Positions 19,458 through 28,859 of a DNA stretch of 64,000 nt are shown here, piece after piece (within the stretch, counting starts at the first letter, position 1; each line of letters starts with the position of its first letter). The stretch comes from an uncultured Chloroflexia bacterium (GTDB taxonomy: Bacteria; Chloroflexota; Limnocylindria; QHBO01): assembly GCA_963720505.1 (NCBI GenBank), contig CAVRFT010000002.1, positions 205,478-269,477 on the forward strand, given 5' to 3'. Below the pieces are notes generated by a model. That model was not told the DNA's origin and ran no database searches. It saw only the letters and a list, made by a program, of their open reading frames with translations. Both the position numbers and the translations under genes were made by a program.

Positions 19458-21112
19458 CCGGCCGCGGCACGCAACAGCGCGTCCGCTGCCGCCCGCGCCT
19501 CGTCCCCGGCGCCTTCGCCGGCCAGCATGGCGGCCAGCTCGGCCGCTCGCGCGTCGGCGTCCAGGATCGACGCCTCGGCCAGCGTCCGGCCGTCCACGAC
19601 CCGCTTGCCGACGTGGACGTGCACGTCGGCGAAGGCGGCGATCTGCGCCAGGTGCGTGACGCACAGCACCTGGTGGAAGCGGGCGAGGTCACGCAGCCGT
19701 TCGCCCAGCGCCGTGGCATGCCGGCCGCCGATCCCGGCATCGACCTCGTCGAAGACGAGCACCGGCGTCTCGTCGGCGCCGGCCAGCACCACCTTCAGCG
19801 CCAGCGACAGCCGGCTGGCCTCGCCACCGGACGCGATCCGGCCCAACGGCCGCGCCGGCTCACCGGGATTCGGGGCAAAGGTGAAGGTGACCCGATCCGT
19901 CCCGTTGGTGCCAACCTCCACCGTCTCGAGGGCGACGTCGAACGCGTCGGCCGGCAGGCCCAGCGCCGGCAGCTCACCATTTACCCGCTTCGCCAGCTCC
20001 TTCGCCGCCTTGCGGCGCTCGCGGCCCAGGGCCGCGGCTGCCTTTTCCAAGTCGGCGCGCTGGCGAGCCTCGTCCGCGCGCAGCTGCTCGCGAATGGTGT
20101 CCTGCTGCTCCAGCCGCTCCAGCTCGGCCGACGACGCCTGGCCGAACTCGATCACCGCCTCCAGCGTCTCCCCGTACTTGCGCCTCAGGTCATACAGCAG
20201 CGCCAGCCGCTCCTCCGCGGCCGCGCGGGTGGCAGGGTCGAGGTCCAGCCGCTCGCCCAGCTCGGTCACGTCGCGGGCCAGCTCCACCGCCTCGGCTTCC
20301 AGCGAGCCCGCTCGCTCCGCCGGCGCCGCGAAGCGCTCGTCCAGGGCAGCCGCCTGCGCGAGCTCCGCGCGTGCGGTGGCCAGCGCGTCCAGCCCCGCGG
20401 ACTCGTCGCGCAGGGCGCGGACGGCGGCGTCCGCCGCGCGGGCAATCGACTCGGCGTGGGTGGCGATGCGCAGCTGTCGCTCGAGCGCCTCGTCCTCGCC
20501 CGGCTGCACGGCCGCGGCGGCGATCTCGTCGACCTGGTGCCGCAGCAGCTCCACCCGGCGCGCCAGCTCGTGCTCGTCGGTGAGCATCTCCGCGGCCTGC
20601 GCGACGGTCCCCCGCCAGGCACGGTGCGCCGCTCCCACCTCGGCGACGCGACCATCCAGCTCCCCGAAACGATCGAGCAGGGCCAGCTGCCGGTCACCGG
20701 CCAGCAGGCGCTGCTGCTCATGCTGCCCGTGGATCTCGGCCAGCCGCGCGCCCAGCGTGGCCAGGCCGCCGACGGTCACGCTGCGATCGTTGACGCGCAC
20801 GACGGAGCGGCCGTCTGCGCCAACCTCGCGCCGGATGATGGCCATCCCCTCGCCGGCGGCGAGCACGTCGGCCAGGGGGTCGTCGTCATCGGATGCGACA
20901 TCGGTGAAGACCGCTTCGACGCGCGCCGCATCGGTCCCGGCCCGCACCTGGTCGGTGGCGGCGCGGGCGCCCAGCGCCAGCGCCAGCGCGTCGACCACCA
21001 GCGACTTGCCCGCTCCGGTCTCGCCGGTCAGCACCGTGAAGCCGGGCGAGATCGGCAGTCGGGCGCGTTCGATGACGGCCAGGTTTTCGACGGTGAGCTC
21101 GGTCAGGGACAT
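19454..21112 (-). CDS. recN: DNA repair protein RecN
   Basis: Intact 552-aa ORF. It has a Walker A (LTGETGAGKSLVVDAL), long coiled-coil middle region, and a C-terminal signature/Walker B region (ASGGEASRLSLALK..VLVFDEVDAGIGG). Confidence 0.93.
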   Translation of the reverse strand: MSLTELTVENLAVIERARLPISPGFTVLTGETGAGKSLVVDALALALGARAATDQVRAGTDAARVEAVFTDVASDDDDPLADVLAAGEGMAIIRREVGADGRSVVRVNDRSVTVGGLATLGARLAEIHGQHEQQRLLAGDRQLALLDRFGELDGRVAEVGAAHRAWRGTVAQAAEMLTDEHELARRVELLRHQVDEIAAAAVQPGEDEALERQLRIATHAESIARAADAAVRALRDESAGLDALATARAELAQAAALDERFAAPAERAGSLEAEAVELARDVTELGERLDLDPATRAAAEERLALLYDLRRKYGETLEAVIEFGQASSAELERLEQQDTIREQLRADEARQRADLEKAAAALGRERRKAAKELAKRVNGELPALGLPADAFDVALETVEVGTNGTDRVTFTFAPNPGEPARPLGRIASGGEASRLSLALKVVLAGADETPVLVFDEVDAGIGGRHATALGERLRDLARFHQVLCVTHLAQIAAFADVHVHVGKRVVDGRTLAEASILDADARAAELAAMLAGEGAGDEARAAADALLRAAAG

Positions 21113-21131
21113 CGGGCCATCAGGATGCAGA

Positions 21132-21965
21132 TCAGTACGGCAGTCGTGCGGCCTTGGTCCGCAGCAGGTCGTAGAACGGCGTGGCGCCGGTCGGCTCGAT
21201 CAACCGCAGCGGTGCCGCCAGCGCCCGCACCTCGACCCGGTCGCCGGTTGCCAGGTCCAGGTCCCATTGCCCGTCAATCGACACCACGGCCCCGCTGCCG
21301 GCGCTGCGCAGGGACATGGTCACGACCTGGTCCTCGCCGGCCACCACACTGTGCAGCGAGGTCAGGTAGGCGGCGACCGGCGTGATGATCATGTTCCGCA
21401 GCCGCGGGTCCAGGATCGCGCCGCCCGCGCTGAAGGAGTAGGCGGTGGAGCCGGTCGGCGTGGCGACCACCACGCCATCGGCCACGTAGGTGGCGAGATG
21501 GCTGCCGCTGACGTCCACCTCGACCTGGATCATGCGCACGCGGGCGCCACGGGCCATGACCACTTCGTTCAGGCAGGTATGCGTCTCGCGGGTGCCGTCG
21601 GCGCGGACCACGGTGGCCTCGATCCGGAAGCGCTCGTCAATGGCGTAGTCGCCGGCGGCCACCTGGTCGAGCGCGCGCTCCAGACCATCGGCCTCGACCT
21701 TGGCCAGGAAGCCGACCCGACCCAGGTTCACACCCAGCGCCGGCACGCCGCGCCCGCCAATGGCGCCGGCCGTGCGCAGGAACGTGCCGTCGCCGCCCAG
21801 CACGCAGACCAGGTCGCTGCCTTCGCACTTGGCCGCGATCGCGTCCCGATCCTCCGCGGCCGCGTCCCACGTCTCGGCATCGTGCGACCGGCACCAGGCC
21901 ATGCCGCGGGCAAGCAGGTCGCGCGCTTCGGGGTCGGTGGGGTTGTAGGCGAAGCCGATGCGCAT
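21132..21965 (-). CDS. nadK: NAD+ kinase
   Basis: Intact 277-aa ORF with GGDGTFLR, NLGRVGFL and PTGSTAYSFSAGG motifs. Confidence 0.92.
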   Translation of the reverse strand: MRIGFAYNPTDPEARDLLARGMAWCRSHDAETWDAAAEDRDAIAAKCEGSDLVCVLGGDGTFLRTAGAIGGRGVPALGVNLGRVGFLAKVEADGLERALDQVAAGDYAIDERFRIEATVVRADGTRETHTCLNEVVMARGARVRMIQVEVDVSGSHLATYVADGVVVATPTGSTAYSFSAGGAILDPRLRNMIITPVAAYLTSLHSVVAGEDQVVTMSLRSAGSGAVVSIDGQWDLDLATGDRVEVRALAAPLRLIEPTGATPFYDLLRTKAARLPY

Positions 21966-22319
21966 CTATTCGTCGCGCGGTGGCGAGGAAGAGGGACCCA
22001 GGCGCGCCGCGATCTCGGCCACCTGGCGCCGCAGGGCGGCGATCTCGCTGCCGATGTCCTCCTGGACGGCGGCATAGGACCGATCCAGGCCAGCGGCGAT
22101 CAGGGCGCGCATCAGACTGGACGGTGACACGCCCCGCGCCCGCGCGGCGGCTTCCACTCGCTCCAGCAGCGCATCAGGCATCCGCAGCGAGACGATCTGA
22201 CGCATCGTGTCGGCAGCCGGGTCCTGGATGGGTGGCGCCACCACCTCCAAGCCCTCGAACCCGACGCTGAGCTGCTCCCCGGGCGGCTGGGCGTTCCGCT
22301 TTCTCATGGCGTGCGGCAT
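21966..22319 (-). CDS. ribbon-helix-helix (CopG-like) domain protein
   Basis: A 117-aa ORF abutting the nadK start with no spacer. It has an RHH-like segment (IVSLRMPDALLERVEAAARARGVSPSSLMRALIAAGL) followed by a coiled-coil-like tail. The exact start is uncertain. Confidence 0.55.
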   Translation of the reverse strand: MPHAMRKRNAQPPGEQLSVGFEGLEVVAPPIQDPAADTMRQIVSLRMPDALLERVEAAARARGVSPSSLMRALIAAGLDRSYAAVQEDIGSEIAALRRQVAEIAARLGPSSSPPRDE

Positions 22320-22335
22320 CGTAATACGCGTCGGG

Positions 22336-23124
22336 CTAGGCCGATGCCGTGGTCAGCCTCTCGATCAGCGCCTCCAGCGCCTCCGGCGCCGTCCCGGGCG
22401 GCTCCCCCAGGTGAGCCAGGAACTCCGTGTTGCCATCCGTCCCGGTGACCGGGGACCGCATCAGGCCGTCCAGGCCAAACCCAGCCTCCGCCGCGTCCGT
22501 GGCGAACCGACGCAGCACGGCCGCGTGCGTGGCCGGATCGCGGATCACGCCGCCGCGCGGGACCGCCGCCTTGCCGGCCTCGAACTGAGGCTTGACCAGC
22601 GCAACCACGGCGCCCCCATCACGAAGCAGGCGATTGACGACCGGCAGCACCAGGCGCAGGGAGATGAAGGACAGGTCCAGCGTGGCGAGGTCGATCGGCT
22701 CCGGCAGGCCGTCCAGCGTGCGCAGGTTGGTCCGTTCCATGGACTCGACCCGCGGATCCCGCCGCAAGCGGTCGATCAGCTGCGCACGACCGACATCGAC
22801 GGCGTACACGCGCGCCGCACCCCGACTGAGCAGGACGTCGGTGAAGCCGCCGGTTGACGCGCCCGCGTCCATGGCCGTCCGCCCCGTCACATCCACGCCA
22901 AAGGCGTCGAGCGCCGCCTCCAGCTTGTCGCCCGCACGGCTCGCCCACCGTGGTCGATGGCGCACGGTGAGCGCCGCGTCCAGCGCCACCAGGTTGCCGG
23001 GCTTCAGCGACCGGCCGCCGCCATCCAGCTCCACCTCGCCGGCCAGGACCATGGCCTGCGCCGCGGCACGGCTGGGCGCCAGGCCGCGATCCACGAGCAG
23101 CTGATCCAGGCGGACGCGCGGCAT
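22336..23124 (-). CDS. tlyA: TlyA-family rRNA (cytidine-2'-O)-methyltransferase
   Basis: Intact 262-aa ORF with an S4 domain (RLDQLLVDRGLAPSRAAAQAMVLAGEVELDG) and a SAM-MTase motif (AMDAGASTGGFTDVLL). Confidence 0.9.
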   Translation of the reverse strand: MPRVRLDQLLVDRGLAPSRAAAQAMVLAGEVELDGGGRSLKPGNLVALDAALTVRHRPRWASRAGDKLEAALDAFGVDVTGRTAMDAGASTGGFTDVLLSRGAARVYAVDVGRAQLIDRLRRDPRVESMERTNLRTLDGLPEPIDLATLDLSFISLRLVLPVVNRLLRDGGAVVALVKPQFEAGKAAVPRGGVIRDPATHAAVLRRFATDAAEAGFGLDGLMRSPVTGTDGNTEFLAHLGEPPGTAPEALEALIERLTTASA

Positions 23125-23127
23125 GCC

Positions 23128-23685
23128 TCAGGCGAGCCTGCGGATGACCCGCGCGGGATTACCCACCGCCACCACGTCGGCGGGGAGGTCGCGCACCACC
23201 ACCGCGCCCGCGCCAACAACCGTCCGCTCGCCCACCGTCACGCCCGGACCGATGATCACGCCGCCGCCCAACCACGATCCGCTGCCGATGATGATGGGAC
23301 GCGCCAGCTCCCAGCCGCTCGCCCGCTCGGCGGCATCAATCGGGTGCGTGGCTGTCAGCAGCTGGACGTTCGGTCCCATCTGCACGTCGTCGCCGATCGT
23401 GACCTCCGCGCAGTCGAGCATGACGGCGCCGGCATTCACGAAACAGCGCTCGCCCACCGTGATCTGCGAGCCGTAGTCACAGAAGAAGGGGGAAACGATG
23501 GTGCTGTCGGCGCCGATGGAGCCCAGCAGGTCGGTGAACAGCGCTGAACGCGCGTGGCGGTCGGCATTGCTGGTGCCGTTCAGCCGAAACAGCAGGTCCG
23601 CCGCCCGTCGATGGGCTGCCACGAGCTCGGGGTCATTGGCGAGGTAAAGCTCGCCACGGAGCATGCGCTCGCGCTGCTCGCCCAT
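23128..23685 (-). CDS. maltose/galactoside O-acetyltransferase-like hexapeptide-repeat acetyltransferase
   Basis: Intact 185-aa ORF with the Mac-type N-terminus (MLRGELYLANDPEL) and left-handed beta-helix hexapeptide repeats (IGDDVQMGPNVQL.., IGSGSWLGGGVIIGPGVTVGERTVVGAGAVV). Confidence 0.85.
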   Translation of the reverse strand: MGEQRERMLRGELYLANDPELVAAHRRAADLLFRLNGTSNADRHARSALFTDLLGSIGADSTIVSPFFCDYGSQITVGERCFVNAGAVMLDCAEVTIGDDVQMGPNVQLLTATHPIDAAERASGWELARPIIIGSGSWLGGGVIIGPGVTVGERTVVGAGAVVVRDLPADVVAVGNPARVIRRLA

Positions 23686-23696
23686 CCGCGGCGAGG

Positions 23697-25658
23697 TCAG
23701 GCGGCGCCGACGTCGCTGGTCTGGGTGACCGTCGGAGCCTCCGGCAGAGCCAGCGCCTCACGCACCTGGACGCAGATGCCCTCCGTGTCGATGCGCTGCT
23801 GGCGGCGCAGGTCCTCGACGGCTCCGTGGTGCACGAAGCCCTCGACCAGCGCGATTTTCAGCAGCGGGATACGCACGCCCGCGCGGTTCAGCGCGTCCAG
23901 CGCACCGTCGCCGAAGCCACCCATCGCGGCGGATTCCTCGGCCGTAACGATCAGCCGCTTGCCGGCCGCATGCTCGGCCAGGCACGCTTCGTCGAGCGGC
24001 TTCGCCCAGCGGGCGTTGATGACGGTCGTGGTGAGGCCGTGGTCGCGCTCCAGCCGGCCGGCAACCGCCAGCAGCCGCTGCACGATCGGCCCGAATCCGA
24101 CCATCAGCAGGTCCTCGCCCGATTGCAGAACCTCTGCTCGACCGATCTCCAGTACCTCGCCGGTTCGATCCGCCAGGTCCTCCCCGGCATCGCGCGGGTA
24201 GTGGAGCGAGATCGGCCCGTCGTGCTGCATGGCAGTGACCACCATGTCGCGCAGCTCCTGCTCGTCCTTCGGCGAGCCGATCACCAGGTTGGGCAGGGCG
24301 CGCTGCGCGGACAGGGTGAACATGCCCTGGTGGCTGGTTCCGTCCTCCCCCACCAGCCCGGCTCGATCGATGGCCAGCAGCACCGGCGCACCGTTCTGGC
24401 AGACGTCGTGGACCAGCTGGTCGTAGGCCCGTTGGCTGAAGGTCGAGTACAGCGCCACCACCGGCCGCAGGCCGGCCAGCGCCAGGCCGGTCGCCATGGT
24501 GACCGAGTGCTGCTCGGCGATGCCGACATCGAAGAATCGGCTCGGGAATCGATCGGCAAAGCGTGACAGTCCGGTCCCGGTCGGCATGCCGGCCGTGATG
24601 GCGCAGATGCGCGCGTCGGCCTCCGCCAGGCGGACGAGCTCCTCCACGAAGGTGTGGGTGTAGGTCTTCGGCTTGCGCTTGGGCGCCGACTCGGTGGGAA
24701 GCGGCTCCTCGGTGGGGTCGATCAGGGTCAGGTCAACCGGCGGCAGGCTGGCGCCGTGGAACGACACGCTGTCCTGCTCGGCGGGAGCGTAGCCGCGGCC
24801 CTTGACCGTCTTGACGTGGACCAGCACCGGCGAGCGCATGGCAAAGGCACGTTCGAATGTTTCCTCCAGCTCGGCAAGGTCGTGGCCGTCCAGGACGCCG
24901 ATGTAGGTGATGCCCATGTCCTCGAAGAAGCCGACCGAGGCCCACGAGCGCTTGAAGCCCTCCTTGGCCCAGGCCAGCACGTCGAACAGCGGCCGCCCGA
25001 TCAGCGGCACCCGCGGCAGCGTGCGCTGGGTGACCGACTTGGTCTCCTGGTAGGCGCGCGTCAGTCGCAGCTTGTTGAGCCGGGTGGACAGCCCGCCGAC
25101 CGACGGGCTGATGCTCATCTCGTTGTCGTTGAGCACGATCAGCATGCGGTGCCGGGCGTGACCCAGGTGGTTCAGCGCCTCCAGGGTGAGGCCGGTCTGC
25201 AGGGCGGCGTCGCCCACCACCGCTGCGATTCGCTGGCGGCGGGTCGGGTCGTTGGCGGGCTTCAGGTCACGGGCAGCCGCCAGTCCGATGCCGATGCTGA
25301 CCCCGGTCCCGGCGTGACCGCCATCGAAGACGTCGTGCTCGCTCTCGGTGCGGCGAGGGAAGCCACCGACGCCGTCCAGCTGGCGGAGCGTCTCGAAGCG
25401 CTCGGCGCGACCGGTCAGCAGCTTGTGCGCGTAGGCCTGGTGGCCGGTGTCCCACACGATGCGGTCACGCGGCGAGTCCATGACCCGATGCAGCGCGAGC
25501 GTGAGCTCCACGGTTCCCAGCGAGCTGGCAAGGTGCCCGCCCGTCTGGCTGACCGTCCGGATCATCTTGGTGCGCAGCTCATCGGCGAGCTCTGCCATCT
25601 GGCTCGCCGTCATCCCGCGCAGCTGGGCGGGATCGCTGAGGGTGTCGAGAATCGCCAC
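23697..25658 (-). CDS. dxs: 1-deoxy-D-xylulose-5-phosphate synthase
   Basis: Intact 653-aa ORF with GGHLASSLG, DGGHAGTG, the ThDP-binding GDAALQTG..LNDN and transketolase-like middle and C-terminal domains. It has a GTG start preceded by GGGAGG. Confidence 0.94.
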   Translation of the reverse strand: MAILDTLSDPAQLRGMTASQMAELADELRTKMIRTVSQTGGHLASSLGTVELTLALHRVMDSPRDRIVWDTGHQAYAHKLLTGRAERFETLRQLDGVGGFPRRTESEHDVFDGGHAGTGVSIGIGLAAARDLKPANDPTRRQRIAAVVGDAALQTGLTLEALNHLGHARHRMLIVLNDNEMSISPSVGGLSTRLNKLRLTRAYQETKSVTQRTLPRVPLIGRPLFDVLAWAKEGFKRSWASVGFFEDMGITYIGVLDGHDLAELEETFERAFAMRSPVLVHVKTVKGRGYAPAEQDSVSFHGASLPPVDLTLIDPTEEPLPTESAPKRKPKTYTHTFVEELVRLAEADARICAITAGMPTGTGLSRFADRFPSRFFDVGIAEQHSVTMATGLALAGLRPVVALYSTFSQRAYDQLVHDVCQNGAPVLLAIDRAGLVGEDGTSHQGMFTLSAQRALPNLVIGSPKDEQELRDMVVTAMQHDGPISLHYPRDAGEDLADRTGEVLEIGRAEVLQSGEDLLMVGFGPIVQRLLAVAGRLERDHGLTTTVINARWAKPLDEACLAEHAAGKRLIVTAEESAAMGGFGDGALDALNRAGVRIPLLKIALVEGFVHHGAVEDLRRQQRIDTEGICVQVREALALPEAPTVTQTSDVGAA

Positions 25659-25685
25659 TCGTCCTCCCTGATCTTGGCAGCGCGA

Positions 25686-25691
25686 AAGTAT
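25686..25691 (-). promoter_or_regulatory. candidate -10 hexamer (TATACT on minus strand) upstream of dxs
   Basis: The minus-strand sequence is ..ctgccTATACTttcgcgctgccaagatcaGGGAGGacgaGTG. This is the only AT-rich hexamer in the dxs leader. No convincing -35 was seen. Confidence 0.25.
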
Positions 25692-25970
25692 AGGCAGATG
25701 CTCAGGACGAGCCCCGTTCGACGCTCGTTGCGTTTGACGCGCGGAGAGCGGGTGCTACGCCTGATGTCACACAGGTGCCCGATTTCGGCAGATGGAGCCG
25801 CGTGCGGTCAGACCATCACCGTTGCGGATCCTGGATTGGCCGCGTGCCCACGCCGCCAGCACCGTTACGACGCGTCTTGGACCGTCCGCCCTCCAGGGGA
25901 AGGGGGTGGGGCCTCTCGGCGACGACATGTACCCGCGATTGGTTACATCCGCGTTGCGAGGAGAGCCGTC

Positions 25971-26805
25971 GTGAAACGCTCTAACGATTCTGGTTGGCCT
26001 TGCGGTCATCCTGAACCTGTCTCTGATCTCTCCAGCTTTGGCAGCGCCGCCGGCCAATGACACTCTACGCCGGCCGCACCGTCATCGGGTCGCTGCCCTT
26101 CAGCGACTCGCTCGACACCACCGAGGCAACAACCGACGCCGATGACGTCGAGATGAACCCAGCCATCTGTGGCGCGCCGGCCACCGACGCGAGCGTCTGG
26201 TACGAGCTGACGCCCGCCGCAGACGGTGCCGTCGTCGTCGATGTCTCGGCGTCGACGTATCAGCGCCGGCGTCATCGTCGCGACTGGCAGCCCTGGCAGC
26301 TTTTCGTTCGTCACCTGCGGGCCGAACGCCGTGATCTTCGACGCCTTCGCCGGCGAGACCTACAGCATCCTGGCCTTCGACTTCCAGGACGACGGCGGCG
26401 GAAACGGCGGAACACTGGAGATCTCTGTCGATGTCGCTCCCCCGGCGCCTGAGGTTGCCGTCACGGTTGATCCGGTCGGCCACTTCACCAAGTCCGGGTC
26501 CGCCATCGTGAGCGGAACGATCACGTGCACTGGAACGAACGTCGAGTTCTCGTTCATCGACGTCCAGCTGCGAGCAGCGGGTCGGGCGCGTGCTCATCAG
26601 CGGGTTTGGTTCCGTTGATTTCCCGTGCGACGGGGACACCCATCGGTGGAGCGTCGAGGTGGTCGCGGACAACGGCCTCTTCAAGGGCGGCCATGCCGCG
26701 ACCGTCATCTTCGCACTCGCCTGCGACCCGATCTTCTGCGGCGAAGCGATTCTAGGAGGCGACCATCAAGCTGCGGAAGTGACAGCGCTTCAGCCTCAGG
26801 GCTGA
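25971..26805 (+). CDS. secreted protein with signal peptide and PPC/pre-peptidase-like beta-sandwich N-domain (at least 4 frame breaks)
   Basis: GTG 25971 follows GAGGAGA. The signal peptide reads ..ILVGLAVILNLSLISPALA/APPANDT in the +1 frame. The sequence then runs YAGRTVIGSLPFSDSLDTTEATTDADDVEMNPAICGAPATDASVWYELTP.. (ORF 26057..), ..SAGVIVATGSPGSFSFVTCG..FAGETYSILAFDF (ORF 26226..) and ..SGFGSVDFPCDGDTHRWSVEVVADNGLFKGG.. (ORF 26590..26805). Confidence 0.55.
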
Positions 26806-26818
26806 CCGTCGTTGCGTG

Positions 26819-26851
26819 GACGGGGTGGCGGCTCCAAGCCGCCACCCCGTC
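26819..26851. terminator. perfect 14-bp GC-rich hairpin between convergent genes (candidate bidirectional terminator)
   Basis: The hairpin is GACGGGGTGGCGGC-tccaa-GCCGCCACCCCGTC. It begins 14 nt after the TGA of the plus-strand secreted-protein gene and abuts the GNAT 3' end. There is no U-tract on either side. Confidence 0.5.
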
Positions 26852-27299
26852 ACTCTGGCCAGTGACTTCTCGAAGATGTGCGAGGTCTTGTCCAGGCTGA
26901 AGCCCTTCACGCAGGTAGAACCGATGCGCCCGCTCGCGGGTGACGCGGGTCGCCACCATCAGTCGCTGGCAGCCTCGCGCCGCGGCCCAGGCGTCGCGCC
27001 GCGGCCACCAGCTCCCTGCCGACGCCCTCGCCACGCGCCTGCTCGTCGACGATGAGGGCCATGATCTGGGCAGTCAGCGGCGCGACCAGCGTGCGCTTGA
27101 GCTCGACGTGCAGCCAGCCGATGGCGCGGTCCTGCGGGTCGGTCGCCACCAGCACGGCCGCGTCGTCATTGGCCGTGATGGCCGCCAGCCGGCGGCGCAG
27201 CTCATCAGGCTCCACCGGATAGCCAAGCTGTTCGGCCTGGTCGGCCATGGCGGCGAGGTCGCCATCGCGTGGCGCCCGCACGGCGACCGTGACAGCCAC
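26850..27299 (-). CDS. GNAT-family N-acetyltransferase (at least 2 frame breaks; 3' end uncertain)
   Basis: ORF 26907..27299 carries the acetyl-CoA motif (LIVDEQARGEGVGRELVAAA). The continuation ..AAARGCQRLMVATRVTRERAHRFYLREG is in ORF 26705..27034. A third frame gives a typical GNAT end, GFSLDKTSHIFEKSL. Confidence 0.65.
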
Positions 27300-27301
27300 G
27301 G

Positions 27302-27550
27302 TCAGCCTTCCGCTTCGGCGGGGACCGGCTCCTCGGTCAGGCCACGTCCGAGCTGCGAGATGGTCAGCTCCGCGTCGCGCAGCCGCGTCTCGCAGGCGGC
27401 ATGCAGCTCCAGCCCGCGGCGGTAGAGCTCGATCGACTCCTCCAGGGGCAGGTTGCCGGCCTCGAGGGCCTGCACGATCCGCTGCAGCTCGGCGATCAGC
27501 TCGTCGAACGGCTGCGCCGCGAGATCGGCGGCCGGCGCGGCATCGGTCAT
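27302..27550 (-). CDS. xseB: exodeoxyribonuclease VII small subunit
   Basis: An 82-aa segment from ATG 27550, preceded by GAGGAG. The sequence [43 protein letters not shown] is typical XseB. Confidence 0.85.
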   Translation of the reverse strand: MTDAAPAADLAAQPFDELIAELQRIVQALEAGNLPLEESIELYRRGLELHAACETRLRDAELTISQLGRGLTEEPVPAEAEG

Positions 27551-28850
27551 GGCTGGGGCTCCTCGCTTGCGCTCTTCGACGCGGGTCGCCAGCGTGCCGC
27601 GCGCGACGGTCACGTTCAGCGTGTCGCCGACGGCGGCCTGGGCAGGGTCGCGCACCACCGTGCCGTCGGCCAGCCGAGCCACCGCGTAGCCGCGCTCCAG
27701 GGTGGCGGCCGGCGAGAGCGCGCGCAGCGCATCGGCCTGGGCGGTCAGGGACGCCCGTGCGCCACCGGCCCGGACCGTCAGCGCCCGGTGCCCGCGGTCG
27801 ACCAGCTCGGCCGCTCGCTGGCGGGCCGCCGCCACGTCCGGCGCCAGCCGGGTCAGCGCTCGGTCCTCCTCGGCCAGAAACCGCCGACGACCGGCCACCG
27901 AGGCGAGCATGGCGGCCGAGGCGCGGTCACGCAGCCGGGCCAGGATGGTCGGGAACTGCGACATGTCCGGCGCGGCCTGCTCGGCCGCAGCGCTGGGCGT
28001 GGGCGCCCGGACATCGGCCGCGAAATCGGCCAGGGTCACGTCCGACTCGTGACCGACCCCCACGATGATCGGCATCGGGCGCCGCCGCGATGGTCGCGCA
28101 CCACCAGCTCGTCGTTGAACGACCACAGGTCCTCCAGCGAGCCACCGCCACGCGCCAGGATGACCAGGTCGATCCCCTTGCTGGCCGTAGATGCGCTTCA
28201 GCGCGCGGGCGATGCCACGCGGCCGCGTCCGCTCCCTGCACGTTGGTGGGCACCAGCACCAGCTCGCCCAGCGGGTAGCGCCGGCGCAGGACGTTGGCGA
28301 TGTCGCGCCACACCACGCCCACTGGCGACGTCACCACCCCGATCCGCCGCGGCCAGCGCGGCAACGGCCGCTTGCGCGCGTCCTCGAACAGGCCCTCCGC
28401 CGCCAGCTTGGCGCGCAGCTGCTCGTAGCGCTGGTGCAGGTCGCCGGCGCCGGCCGGCGTCAGCGTCGTCACGTACAGCTGGTAGACGCCCTGCGGCTCG
28501 TAGGCGCGCAGCCGTCCGTGGACGATGACCTGCATCCCGTGCTCCGGCCGCACGTTGGCGACCGACAGCTCCTCGCGGAAGAGCACCGCCCGGATCTGGC
28601 TCTGCGCGTCCTTCAGGGTGAAGAAGCAATGGCCCGATGGTGGAAACGAGGGCTGGCTGACCTCGCCCTCGACCCAGACATCGGCCAGCGACGGGTCGCT
28701 GTCCAGCAGCTGGCGCACGCGTCGGTTGAGGTCCGAGACGCGCAGGATGCGGGGCGCTGCCTGGACGGAGGACGGCGGGGCGGGATCCATCGGTCCGTCA
28801 GGCTCGGCGGCCTCAGGGGCATCCCACAGGCTGCGCTGCTCGGCGCTCAC
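27547..28850 (-). CDS. xseA: exodeoxyribonuclease VII large subunit (at least 4 frame breaks)
   Basis: The OB-fold N-terminus ([24 protein letters not shown]), [15 protein letters not shown] and LVPTNVQG are in ORF 27927..28850. ..[31 protein letters not shown].. is in ORF 27302..28126. As assembled, the gene reads in frame into xseB. An alternative frame ends in a canonical ATGA overlap at 27547-27550. Confidence 0.8.
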
Positions 28851-28859
28851 CGATCGGCC

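Noticed and set aside
19527-22127. 866-aa plus-strand ORF antisense to recN and nadK. The same reasoning covers similar long antisense ORFs at 34993..37548(+), 14161..15891(+), 5389..6942(+), 9361..11094(-) and 19379..21385(+).
   Set aside because: Their composition is Ser/Ala/Arg/Pro-dominated low complexity with no recognisable motifs. They lie exactly opposite well-supported genes. Stop-free antisense frames of this kind are expected at this GC content.
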